Virus record (IMG/VR): IMGVR_UViG_3300043220_000111
Location: 1 to 24,181 of that record
Source of the DNA: a virus
Lineage: Duplodnaviria; Caudoviricetes
Reading direction: 5' to 3' (one strand)
Length of the DNA: 24,181 nt
Shown here: in pieces, positions 16,367 through 24,040 of the stretch
Layout of the letters: every line of letters starts with the position of its first letter
Position numbering within the stretch: the stretch's first letter is position 1
Made by a program: the position numbers and the translations under genes
Notes under the pieces: generated by a model
Told to the model about the DNA's origin: nothing
Database searches by the model: none
Seen by the model: the letters and a program-made list of their open reading frames with translations, nothing else

Positions 16367-16394
16367 AGTCTAGCATAAAATCATCAGGGGTCAA
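16367..16394 (-). promoter_or_regulatory. Sigma70-type promoter for the leader and capsid operon
   Basis: TTGACC (16394-16389), 16 bp, TGc-TAGACT (16372-16367); predicted +1 falls at the start of the hairpin. Confidence 0.65.
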
Positions 16395-16411
16395 AATCAA
16401 CTGGTTGCACA

Positions 16412-16591
16412 TTATAGAACTCTCGGAGGCTTACACGGAGGCATCGGTGGGATATGGCTCACCGTCGGTTGGTAACCTGACATCGGAGGAGGGGCTGGTA
16501 GTGGCAGGGATTTCGTATCAACCGGGGAGGCAAACCAGCGGCCCAGACCAAAAGCAAAACAAACGCCTAATACGTAAGCAACAAAAAGCAT
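16412..16591 (-). CDS. 59-aa membrane peptide with Pro-rich tail
   Basis: GGAG RBS and TAATG coupling; MLFVAYVLGVCFAFGLGRWFASPVDTKSLPLPAPPPMSGYQPTVSHIPPMPPCKPPRVL. Confidence 0.6.
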   Translation of the reverse strand: MLFVAYVLGVCFAFGLGRWFASPVDTKSLPLPAPPPMSGYQPTVSHIPPMPPCKPPRVL

Positions 16592-16686
16592 TATTTAATA
16601 CTCCGATCCGCAGCAATCATAAGAATAGTAAAAGCGATCCCACACAATACCCCACCGATAAATGTCACTACGAAAGGCATTGTCAT
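16591..16686 (-). CDS. 31-aa single-TM peptide
   Basis: AAGGAGGT RBS; MTMPFVVTFIGGVLCGIAFTILMIAADRSIK. Confidence 0.6.
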   Translation of the reverse strand: MTMPFVVTFIGGVLCGIAFTILMIAADRSIK

Positions 16687-16689
16687 CGT

Positions 16690-16842
16690 TTATACCTCCT
16701 TTTTCCCGTCCATTTTCTGAAAATATATAAGATTTTTATTTTGGAAAATAAGTTTTATATAGCCATGTTTTGGTAAACCCGATTCAGAAATAGACCGGAG
16801 TATCTTGGCGAATTGTTTTTCTTCGGCGTCTGTTTTGTTCAT
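16690..16842 (-). CDS. 50-aa YezD/DUF2292-like protein
   Basis: ATGA coupling; MNKTDAEEKQFAKILRSISESGLPKHGYIKLIFQNKNLIYFQKMDGKKEV is a helix plus G-x-I-x-L-I-F-Q-x-x beta-hairpin. Confidence 0.55.
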   Translation of the reverse strand: MNKTDAEEKQFAKILRSISESGLPKHGYIKLIFQNKNLIYFQKMDGKKEV

Positions 16843-16967
16843 GTTCTAGAAATTGCTAACCCAATGGTAAAAACTAACCAAAAAACGACAAGCCCAATCA
16901 TCCCCCAAAACCAAGCATTAGTCAGCCCATAACTGGAGATACCATCTCCTGGTGGTAATGAATGCAT
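16839..16967 (-). CDS. 42-aa single-TM peptide
   Basis: Abuts the portal stop; MHSLPPGDGISSYGLTNAWFWGMIGLVVFWLVFTIGLAISRT. Confidence 0.55.
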   Translation of the reverse strand: MHSLPPGDGISSYGLTNAWFWGMIGLVVFWLVFTIGLAISRT

Positions 16968-18986
16968 TTATATCCCCGCAGGGACCACCGTCCCCGTATG
17001 GTTCGGGTGGAAATTTAAGGTCGCTATATCTTCTAGTTTGAATCCCGACTTATTGCAATCCCAAGGCTCATGACGGGCTTCGCAGCCTACCACATCAACT
17101 CGGGTCACCCCGATCTCCTTATAGCCAATGGCCGAGGCTTGGTCATAGGCAAAACTGGCCTCGGTACGGGCAATCCTGGTTGCTCTCCATCCCTCGGGAC
17201 CGGACCGGAGCGACTCAAAATGATCTTGGATGCGGCCTTTAATCTCACTGATCCCGACCCCCTCATCAAGAGCCTTTTTCAAGAGTGCCTGCAATTCGGC
17301 TTTTCGAGAATTGACTGTAAGATCCGCATACCTCACGCTCAACTTATCCACAACCAACCTCATCTCTCGATTGCTAAATGAGGTGTCGATTGATGCATCA
17401 AAAAACTGGTTAAAATTTTGCAGGGATAACGTGGCCGCAGAAGTAAAGAATCTCCGGCCATCCTTTACAGCCTCGGCCAGTTCTGCGTTGAACACAAATA
17501 CATCGTTGATGTTAGCGCCTTTCGTTTGCATTAAAGCGACGCTCTTTTCAAGGCCTGCTATAGCCCGAGCCTCCACTTTTGCGTAGAATTTATCAATACT
17601 TTCCCTAATAATCGGCTCTATTTTTTGCTTGACCCGCCTAGCTTGGCGGTGGAGTTGGAGCTGTTTAGAGCTTGCTTTTGTGCTTAAATCTGGAATCTTG
17701 TCTGGTCCCGTGGCCTCCTTTTTGAGCTGTTTCGTAGGCTCAATTTCAGGGGGAGCCAAAGCAACCCCGATTGGGGCAAAGTTAAATGTGATCCATCGCT
17801 GATTAAGTTCATTGTTGGATTGGTCCGTGGCCATCCCCACCATTTCGAGGTATTCGTTTCCGGTTCGGATCCCTCTATCGAACATGTCCCTGGCAATCGC
17901 ATTTTGCATCTCCATGTCAACAATTTGTTTTGTGATTATTTTGAATATAATTCCGGGTCGAATCCTGGATATTATTTTGTTAATTCCAGCCTCTATTGGC
18001 TTATAAATTCGAGGTAAATTTGTCTGGAAGTAGACCTTTTTTTGCTCGGCAACTGAGTCATATTTTGAATCGCCCATAAATCCCGACATGATCGGCTCCA
18101 TGCCTAGAATGGCGTTAATATCTTCCCTCGACATTTTTCTTGTCTCAAGTTGCTGCATTTCTTTTTGATTGAGGCTTAATTTCTGAATTGTGGAGTTTGC
18201 TGGCAACATAGCGATTTTATTCCAGTTATGCTGCCCCTCATAAGTCTCTCGAATATCCTTATCAAATCGCTCCTTTTCGATTTTTCCCAACTTTTCTCCA
18301 GGCGTAACCGCATAACTTATGCTTGCGCCTTGAGCATAAAACGTGTTCAGAAAAATAGAGGCTAGTCTATCCGCGTCTAACAGGAATTGATTCCCCTGGA
18401 TTTTGCCCATGCCCCGAACATTGTTGTGCGGGGACGGGATCCGGACTTGTACTATTTTATCGGGTGGGATTATACCCAAAGCGCGCCCCTCGTCTATTTC
18501 GTAGTGATTTATCCCGATGACATTGGTTATTGTCCTTGCGCTCACAATCTCACCTATCGAATTGTGTATTTTGACAGTGGCCGGGTTCAGGGGGACGATC
18601 GCTGTGGGGTTGTTGTTGATAGAATCAAGCAGGTTTAGGACCTCAAGTAGGTAAAATATGTTGCCATCAAGCAACAGGTGCATCACCGATCGCTGCATAA
18701 ATGCGTTGTAGGCCACCCCTGGGTTCGGCTCATTTAGTAAGGTTTCAATCTTCTGGTCCGAAACCTGTTTCCCTGACTCGTTGACAAGCTCCCAGTCTAG
18801 GCTCGCGATGTCGGCGGAGATAGTTGATATCGCGTGGTAGACGTAATTGACGATTTCGTAGGCTGATAAAAAGTCTTTTTCGGTCCTAAAATTCGTACTT
18901 TGCCCGTTTCGGAATTGCCCTATCTGTGGAAAAAAGCTGTTTTGGTTGTGGCTTTTTGTGTGCGGGGTAATGAATTTGATGGGCAT
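16968..18986 (-). CDS. Portal protein (HK97 family) fused to a C-terminal MuF/SPP1 gp7-like domain
   Basis: 'VYHAISTISADIASL', 'LLNEPNP', 'LLLDGNIF'; C-terminal 'RATRIARTE...HPNH'. Confidence 0.93.
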   Translation of the reverse strand: MPIKFITPHTKSHNQNSFFPQIGQFRNGQSTNFRTEKDFLSAYEIVNYVYHAISTISADIASLDWELVNESGKQVSDQKIETLLNEPNPGVAYNAFMQRSVMHLLLDGNIFYLLEVLNLLDSINNNPTAIVPLNPATVKIHNSIGEIVSARTITNVIGINHYEIDEGRALGIIPPDKIVQVRIPSPHNNVRGMGKIQGNQFLLDADRLASIFLNTFYAQGASISYAVTPGEKLGKIEKERFDKDIRETYEGQHNWNKIAMLPANSTIQKLSLNQKEMQQLETRKMSREDINAILGMEPIMSGFMGDSKYDSVAEQKKVYFQTNLPRIYKPIEAGINKIISRIRPGIIFKIITKQIVDMEMQNAIARDMFDRGIRTGNEYLEMVGMATDQSNNELNQRWITFNFAPIGVALAPPEIEPTKQLKKEATGPDKIPDLSTKASSKQLQLHRQARRVKQKIEPIIRESIDKFYAKVEARAIAGLEKSVALMQTKGANINDVFVFNAELAEAVKDGRRFFTSAATLSLQNFNQFFDASIDTSFSNREMRLVVDKLSVRYADLTVNSRKAELQALLKKALDEGVGISEIKGRIQDHFESLRSGPEGWRATRIARTEASFAYDQASAIGYKEIGVTRVDVVGCEARHEPWDCNKSGFKLEDIATLNFHPNHTGTVVPAGI

Positions 18987-18992
18987 CTGACC

Positions 18993-19021
18993 ATTTTATA
19001 TCATTTTGCAGGGGAGGGCAA
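18993..19021 (-). promoter_or_regulatory. Candidate promoter for a leaderless portal mRNA
   Basis: TTGCCC, 17 bp, TAAAAT, 6 nt, ATG. Confidence 0.5.
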
Positions 19022-19065
19022 AAAGGCCGTTATTGGGATTCCCATATCGGGCGTTGTGGGGATAC

Positions 19066-19290
19066 CTACACTACGGGGGTGGTAGGTGACTTCGATCTCA
19101 TCCAAATAGCGAAGGCCTTGTCGCTTGCCCGTTTGAATCTCATTGCTATTTGGGGTTCTTGATCATCACGATAATAAGCCTTTTCAGCGTTCCGTAGAAA
19201 GGCATGCCTTGCCCGAGTTTCAATGTCTCCGTAGCGATGTTTGCCCAAATGAGTTCCATGTATCGGGTCTGGGCGCTTTTCTCTGTTCAT
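19066..19290 (-). CDS. Hypothetical basic protein (74 aa)
   Basis: Abuts the upstream stop and is co-oriented. Confidence 0.55.
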   Translation of the reverse strand: MNREKRPDPIHGTHLGKHRYGDIETRARHAFLRNAEKAYYRDDQEPQIAMRFKRASDKAFAIWMRSKSPTTPVV

Positions 19291-19455
19291 TTAAACACCA
19301 TCCGATTGTCCATAAACATAACTTAAGAATCTGAAGATTTTCCTAGAATCTTCTTCGGTAAAGTTTATGATTATTTCCCCACATTCAATCTCAAGCGCCC
19401 CTTCGGTGTCTGCTGTGATAAAGGTGTCCTCATCTAGGTATAGTTTTGTTTTCAT
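19291..19455 (-). CDS. 54-aa acidic protein (absent from the ORF track)
   Basis: GAGGT RBS and ATGA coupling; MKTKLYLDEDTFITADTEGALEIECGEIIINFTEEDSRKIFRFLSYVYGQSDGV. Confidence 0.65.
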   Translation of the reverse strand: MKTKLYLDEDTFITADTEGALEIECGEIIINFTEEDSRKIFRFLSYVYGQSDGV

Positions 19456-19622
19456 TTTAAGGATACCTCATAGCTTGTTACTATCTCCATCTCACAAGGT
19501 TTTTTACAGCTTGTACAAATATTTGTTGAGTTGCTACTATCTGTATCACGATTTGAACTAGTTGATAACAATAGTACAGAATCTTTGCAACACGTTGATA
19601 CTGGTCTATTTCTTCTTATCAC
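19452..19622 (-). CDS. 56-aa Cys-rich zinc-ribbon-like protein (absent from the ORF track)
   Basis: GTGA coupling; S-T-C-C...I-C-T-S-C-K-K-P-C. Confidence 0.65.
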   Translation of the reverse strand: MIRRNRPVSTCCKDSVLLLSTSSNRDTDSSNSTNICTSCKKPCEMEIVTSYEVSLK

Positions 19623-19852
19623 TTAAACACCAAAAACATAGCCACAAACAGCATCAAGACAACCACTGCAAAAGCCAAAGAGCAACCCATGACCATCAAA
19701 ATGACCCTAAGGAACCGTCTGTAGGCCTCATCAACCTCGGCTTTGACATAGCTTTTTTCTATATCTTGCATAAGGATTTGAAGGTCTGCCGCTGCCCCTT
19801 CTCCAAGGGCTGTGATTAGAGATTGAGGGAAGGATATTAGGGTGTCTTTCAT
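19619..19852 (-). CDS. 77-aa protein with C-terminal TM helix
   Basis: ATG at 19852 with AGGGG upstream; hydrophobic C-terminus. Confidence 0.55.
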   Translation of the reverse strand: MKDTLISFPQSLITALGEGAAADLQILMQDIEKSYVKAEVDEAYRRFLRVILMVMGCSLAFAVVVLMLFVAMFLVFK

Positions 19853-19960
19853 ACGAAAACCCCTATAGCAAATCCCACCATGACGCATGCTATGCAAAAC
19901 CCCAATACCACCATTTCACAATCGCTTAATCGAATAGAAATGAAGGCTAGCCGAATTCGT

Positions 19961-20410
19961 CTAATAAGGGTGGGGGTGGTGGTCTTCGGCATGCCAAGTT
20001 TGTGTCCCATTATTTTGTGTTTTTGAGTCACAACGTGATTTGTCATTAAAAGGTTCATCACAAATAATTTTGGCGCCCGTTCTTGGGTCTAGTTTCGGTT
20101 CGCCATCTGTGCCCTTCCAATTCATTGGTGGAGGGGGAGGGGGAGCCGGGACACAGGTTTGGTCCAGTTGTGGAACAGCCTGCTTCCGTTCTGATTTTTC
20201 CATGTTTTCATAAAGCACCGGCAATGGGTCTGGATTCAAGTAAACATCATACAAGAATTTGGCAATTTTTTTAGCTGACTCGGGATCAGTTATTCGGAAA
20301 ATTGGATCATGACCTTTGGCTATTTTAAACGAACCATCCACATTACAAAATAGAGAACCCTCGCTAAATATGATGTGTGGTAATTTTATTTTATCAAATG
20401 GATATGCCAT
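19961..20410 (-). CDS. Hypothetical protein with poly-Pro tract (probable start 20410)
   Basis: TAATG overlap with the terL stop; GGAAGGG RBS. Confidence 0.65.
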   Translation of the reverse strand: MAYPFDKIKLPHIIFSEGSLFCNVDGSFKIAKGHDPIFRITDPESAKKIAKFLYDVYLNPDPLPVLYENMEKSERKQAVPQLDQTCVPAPPPPPPMNWKGTDGEPKLDPRTGAKIICDEPFNDKSRCDSKTQNNGTQTWHAEDHHPHPY

Positions 20411-21753
20411 TAGTCGTTGCCCTTCCATCCCCGCCATGCCTTCATCCCGCTGTGGACTGCATATCTTAGCATATCGCACTCATCATCATCAACTTTATCA
20501 GGCTCTTCCTTGTGGACGCCCTCCTTTGACGCCTTCCAGTGGTAAGCAGGCAGATATTTACACAATCTCGGACAATTCGTCCGGTGTATTCTAAGCCTTG
20601 TATGACCATTTCGGTCGATATGCATCAGCGTCGCGATGGTCTGTATCCCATCGTAAACGTTGGTTATGGCTGTGGTCGCCGTCACGACATCGCCAAAAGC
20701 TCGGTTCATTGCCTCTATATTCTCAGGCCGATCATGCCCGCAATAGAACATTTCTATATTCCCATACCTCGGAGAGGCATCCCTTGCCCTGTTCACCCAG
20801 CTATCCTCATCAGGTAAATCAATGTGCCCAACTGGGATCCCCGCCTCTGAATTTTCCTCTAAAACGTCAACGCAATCATCGTTGTTTATCCCAATGACCA
20901 CGAATCCCCCATGATGAACATAGCCCCAATCCTGACCCGCTATTATGATTTTGTATCGAGACAGGTCAATCTCAAAATCGGCGGTGTGGATGTCATAGTT
21001 AAATTCATCATAAATCTGGCCAAAAAAGGCGTCGGGACAAGCTTCGTAATTCCTGATGAAGTATTTGTGAGGCATCGTTTTGCGAGCCTTTTCGACCTCT
21101 TCCAAAAGACCTGGAACTCGGTCGTTATCCACTGTATGCCAGGTATAGCCAACCCATTCGTCGTCATGGTCTTTGCCGGGCTCGGCTAGTCTACGAATGT
21201 CCTCAAAATACCAGTTTCGCCATAATGGGGTTGTCGTGAATATCGCCCATCCTTGTTTGTCTGAAAGGGTGGGTCTTAGGCTATCGTTCCACAGGGTAGG
21301 CTTGAGCCTAGCCGTCTCCGATACGTAGATACCGTCAAGGCCAGCCCCCACAAGCCTTTCCGGACGCTCCCCCGATTTAAACTCAATCTTGATCTCGGGG
21401 TATAACCAAATGTAGGGTTGAGTGGACCTAGTGCCGTCGTATTGGATCAGCTCCTCCGGAATGAACTCAAACAGCTTTTGTATGACTATTCTTACGATTG
21501 AGTAGTCTGGTGCCAAAAACCAATAGAGTAAACGGGGTAAGTTTCTGAGAATTGAATAGTTGCTGTGCACCCTAAGTACCGGGGGCAAATCATCTTCATA
21601 AATCTTCCGTAGGGCTTTACGGACGCCGATCCAATCTTTCCCTCCCCTACGCCCGGCCATGATGTCGATGAATCTGTGGCTATCATCCCAAACGAGCTCC
21701 TGTTTTGGGTGGCCTCCTACATCGGCTTCAAATTCGACATCGAGTTTTGGCAT
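20410..21753 (-). CDS. terL: Terminase large subunit
   Basis: Walker A-like AGRRGGKD, 'GAGLDGIYVSE', 'FTTTP', nuclease motifs 'GQDWGY' and 'DDECDMLRY'. Confidence 0.96.
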   Translation of the reverse strand: MPKLDVEFEADVGGHPKQELVWDDSHRFIDIMAGRRGGKDWIGVRKALRKIYEDDLPPVLRVHSNYSILRNLPRLLYWFLAPDYSIVRIVIQKLFEFIPEELIQYDGTRSTQPYIWLYPEIKIEFKSGERPERLVGAGLDGIYVSETARLKPTLWNDSLRPTLSDKQGWAIFTTTPLWRNWYFEDIRRLAEPGKDHDDEWVGYTWHTVDNDRVPGLLEEVEKARKTMPHKYFIRNYEACPDAFFGQIYDEFNYDIHTADFEIDLSRYKIIIAGQDWGYVHHGGFVVIGINNDDCVDVLEENSEAGIPVGHIDLPDEDSWVNRARDASPRYGNIEMFYCGHDRPENIEAMNRAFGDVVTATTAITNVYDGIQTIATLMHIDRNGHTRLRIHRTNCPRLCKYLPAYHWKASKEGVHKEEPDKVDDDECDMLRYAVHSGMKAWRGWKGND

Positions 21754-21762
21754 GCGGTATGG

Positions 21763-21933
21763 TCACCTGTGAGATACCCCCGCAATCCAACACAGGAAAC
21801 GCCCAGCCCAAGACTTACGTGCGGCATCCCCAATAGCAATCCCTAGCTCCTCCAGCTGTACCCTAAGATATCTATAGCGAGAGCTTGTCGTGTCCTGCAG
21901 ATTATTCCCCTTCGCCCAGTCCTCAAAGTTCAT
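21763..21933 (-). CDS. 56-aa hypothetical protein (absent from the ORF track)
   Basis: GGGGGAG RBS; MNFEDWAKGNNLQDTTSSRYRYLRVQLEELGIAIG... Confidence 0.6.
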   Translation of the reverse strand: MNFEDWAKGNNLQDTTSSRYRYLRVQLEELGIAIGDAARKSWAGRFLCWIAGVSHR

Positions 21934-21954
21934 TTTAAAACTCCCCCAACGCCA

Positions 21955-22332
21955 TTAAACTGATCCAGGCTGAAATATGTTTAGCGTCGCTGTGCCCGAT
22001 GTCCAGGCCGTGACGTTCAAGCGAACGGCATGCGTAGCCGTCTGAATCGGGGTGTCCAGGTAAGTTACCGCACCCGAAATCTCGGTTTGTTTAACATCGG
22101 CATCATCAAAAAAAGGCACTATTCTAATGGTCTCGACCGGGGCGGTATCCGGATCCGGATGGTTGGTGTACTCAATTTTCGCAGTCAAAACATCAGCCAA
22201 GGCCTTGGAGAGGGCTATTGAGGCCAGCATTGGATTAAATTGTCCCTTCAAAATAAACCAATCTGAGACCGATACGCCCGAAAGCGCAACGACATTAGCG
22301 GGGGATCCTCTTTTAACTGTTTGGGTTGTCAT
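21955..22332 (-). CDS. Small all-beta (jelly-roll-like) phage protein
   Basis: AAGGAG RBS; 'AVRLNVTAWTSGTATL' C-terminal motif common in phage structural proteins. Confidence 0.7.
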   Translation of the reverse strand: MTTQTVKRGSPANVVALSGVSVSDWFILKGQFNPMLASIALSKALADVLTAKIEYTNHPDPDTAPVETIRIVPFFDDADVKQTEISGAVTYLDTPIQTATHAVRLNVTAWTSGTATLNIFQPGSV

Positions 22333-22735
22333 GGGGTTGCTCCTTTTCTTTCAGATTATCACATCCAACCTCACTTTTCACCTCTTTTGTCTTTTTTGGC
22401 TTGACCCCGAAAGTGATCACCTTGTCCTCGGTTATGCCCCCAGTTACCCGGTCCCTCAGCTCATCCCTCCGCTCAGCTCGGTCAAGCATATATCTCACCG
22501 CCTTAAAATCCTCAGCTTTGATCTTTTTTATTAGGACATGTTCAGCCATATCCCTGGCCTCGTGGCATGCCGAATCCAAGGCCTCCTTCACGTCTGGGTT
22601 ATTTTTAATTCGCTTGTCAATGGAGTGCCAGGTGATCTCAATCCCATGGTTATTTTTTAAAATCTTTACGGCCATGCTCAGATTCCCAGAGGCTTGGCCA
22701 AGCACGATCTTGAGTAGGTTTTTAGTAACTTTCAT
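22313..22735 (-). CDS. terS: Terminase small subunit (probable)
   Basis: N-terminal HTH-like 'GNLSMAVKIL...ITWHSI', 'DMAEHVLIKKI...AVRYML'; upstream of terL. Confidence 0.75.
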   Translation of the reverse strand: MKVTKNLLKIVLGQASGNLSMAVKILKNNHGIEITWHSIDKRIKNNPDVKEALDSACHEARDMAEHVLIKKIKAEDFKAVRYMLDRAERRDELRDRVTGGITEDKVITFGVKPKKTKEVKSEVGCDNLKEKEQPHDNPNS

Positions 22736-22741
22736 CAAAAA

Positions 22742-22776
22742 AGTATAGCATTATTGTACCTTTTGATACCTTTTGA
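22742..22776 (-). promoter_or_regulatory. Extended -10 promoter with a tandem direct repeat, upstream of terS
   Basis: ATGCTATACT 6 nt before ATG 22735; (TACCTTTTGA)x2 on the plus strand at 22757-22776. Confidence 0.55.
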
Positions 22777-22816
22777 GCTCAATCATCCCCGAATTTAGAC
22801 GCTCTTTTCGTACTTT

Positions 22817-24040
22817 TTAGTCAAATTCAGTACAATTTTCTCCGTTTTTCGTTACTTTTGGAGTGATTTTGTTAGCTTTGCAAAACTCGATGTAGCGTTT
22901 GACGCAAATATCCACATATCCCGGATCAATCTCTATAGTGAGGCAGTTTCTTTTGTTCTTTTCGCAGGCGATGAGGGTGGTGCCGGTGCCTGCGAAGGGA
23001 TCGTAAACAAATTCGCCCTTTTTTGAGTTGTTTAAAATGGGGATTTGCATACATGGTATTGGCTTTTGGGTGCTGTGTCCCCAGGTTTTTTCTTTGTCTT
23101 TTAGAAATGCGTGGTTACTGTCAATTTCCCATACGGTTGTTTGGGTTCGGCTTCCTTGCCAGTTGTGATTTTTATCTTTTCGCACAGCGTACCAGCAATG
23201 CTCGTGTTTCCAATGGTAATTTCCTCTCCCCATAACTAGCATTGATTTCGCCCAGATAATGGGATTTATAATGACAAATCCGCAATCTTGAAGATTTTGA
23301 GAGACAATGTGAGTAAAGTTTCCGGAGTGCCAAACATAGCAAATATCCCCAGGAAATAGAGAGTAGGCCTTTCCCCAATCGGCAGAATCATCATTTTTCA
23401 CAGTGCCGATTGACGATAGGGCTTTGCTTGTTTTCAAACCATCTCGCCATTTCGGGTCATACTCAACCCCATAAGGTGGATCCGTAACCATTAAAATTGG
23501 CACTTGGCCACCCAGTGCCTTCTCAACATCTGTGGCCACTGTAGAATCCCCGCATAATAAACGATGGCTCCCCAATTCGTAGAGGTCTCCTGGCTTTGTA
23601 ATGACCTTCTCTCCTGCCTCAGGGACATCATCATCCCCCTGCGTCTCTTCTGGCTCCAGGCCAAAATCAATCTCTTCAAAGCCCCAGTCAATAAGGTCGC
23701 TTTGGTCAAAATCATTTTTAAGGATTTCCCAATCCCACTCTCCGAGGTTTTTATTGCTACGGATCAAATATTCACGGGCTTCTTCTTCTGTTAATTGGCG
23801 ATTCGGCACCCTCACGTCAATTTCCCGATCCAAGCCGTCCAATTCAGTTAATATCCTCAACCGCTGATGTCCGGCGAGAATTGTGTTGTCAGTGTTGATG
23901 GCTGGTATTTCGGCAAGGTCAAATTTGGTCAATGATTTTTTCAGGTCATCATACTGTTTTTCCGTTAGCTTTCTTGGGTTATTTTGAGAGGGGACTAGCT
24001 CATTGAGTTTTCTTTTTGTTGTGGTCCATTGAATTTTCAT
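22817..24040 (-). CDS. ParB-like N-terminal domain fused to a beta-class N6A/N4C DNA methyltransferase
   Basis: 'NNPR', 'ILAGHQRL' (ParB/Srx); catalytic DPPY precedes 'HSTQKP' and SAM-binding 'DPFAGTGTT'. Confidence 0.95.
   Translation of the reverse strand: MKIQWTTTKRKLNELVPSQNNPRKLTEKQYDDLKKSLTKFDLAEIPAINTDNTILAGHQRLRILTELDGLDREIDVRVPNRQLTEEEAREYLIRSNKNLGEWDWEILKNDFDQSDLIDWGFEEIDFGLEPEETQGDDDVPEAGEKVITKPGDLYELGSHRLLCGDSTVATDVEKALGGQVPILMVTDPPYGVEYDPKWRDGLKTSKALSSIGTVKNDDSADWGKAYSLFPGDICYVWHSGNFTHIVSQNLQDCGFVIINPIIWAKSMLVMGRGNYHWKHEHCWYAVRKDKNHNWQGSRTQTTVWEIDSNHAFLKDKEKTWGHSTQKPIPCMQIPILNNSKKGEFVYDPFAGTGTTLIACEKNKRNCLTIEIDPGYVDICVKRYIEFCKANKITPKVTKNGENCTEFD

Larger units (their letters stand above)
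5332..24040 (-). mobile_element. Phage/prophage packaging, head and non-contractile tail module
   Basis: Co-oriented, often overlapping ORFs in the canonical order terS-terL-portal-protease-MCP-neck-tail tube-TMP-tail tip; no sheath gene seen. Confidence 0.96.

Noticed and set aside
16216-16776. 186-aa plus-strand ORF from the track
   Set aside because: TTG start without RBS; antisense to the coupled micro-ORFs and the structured leader; sequence does not look protein-like.
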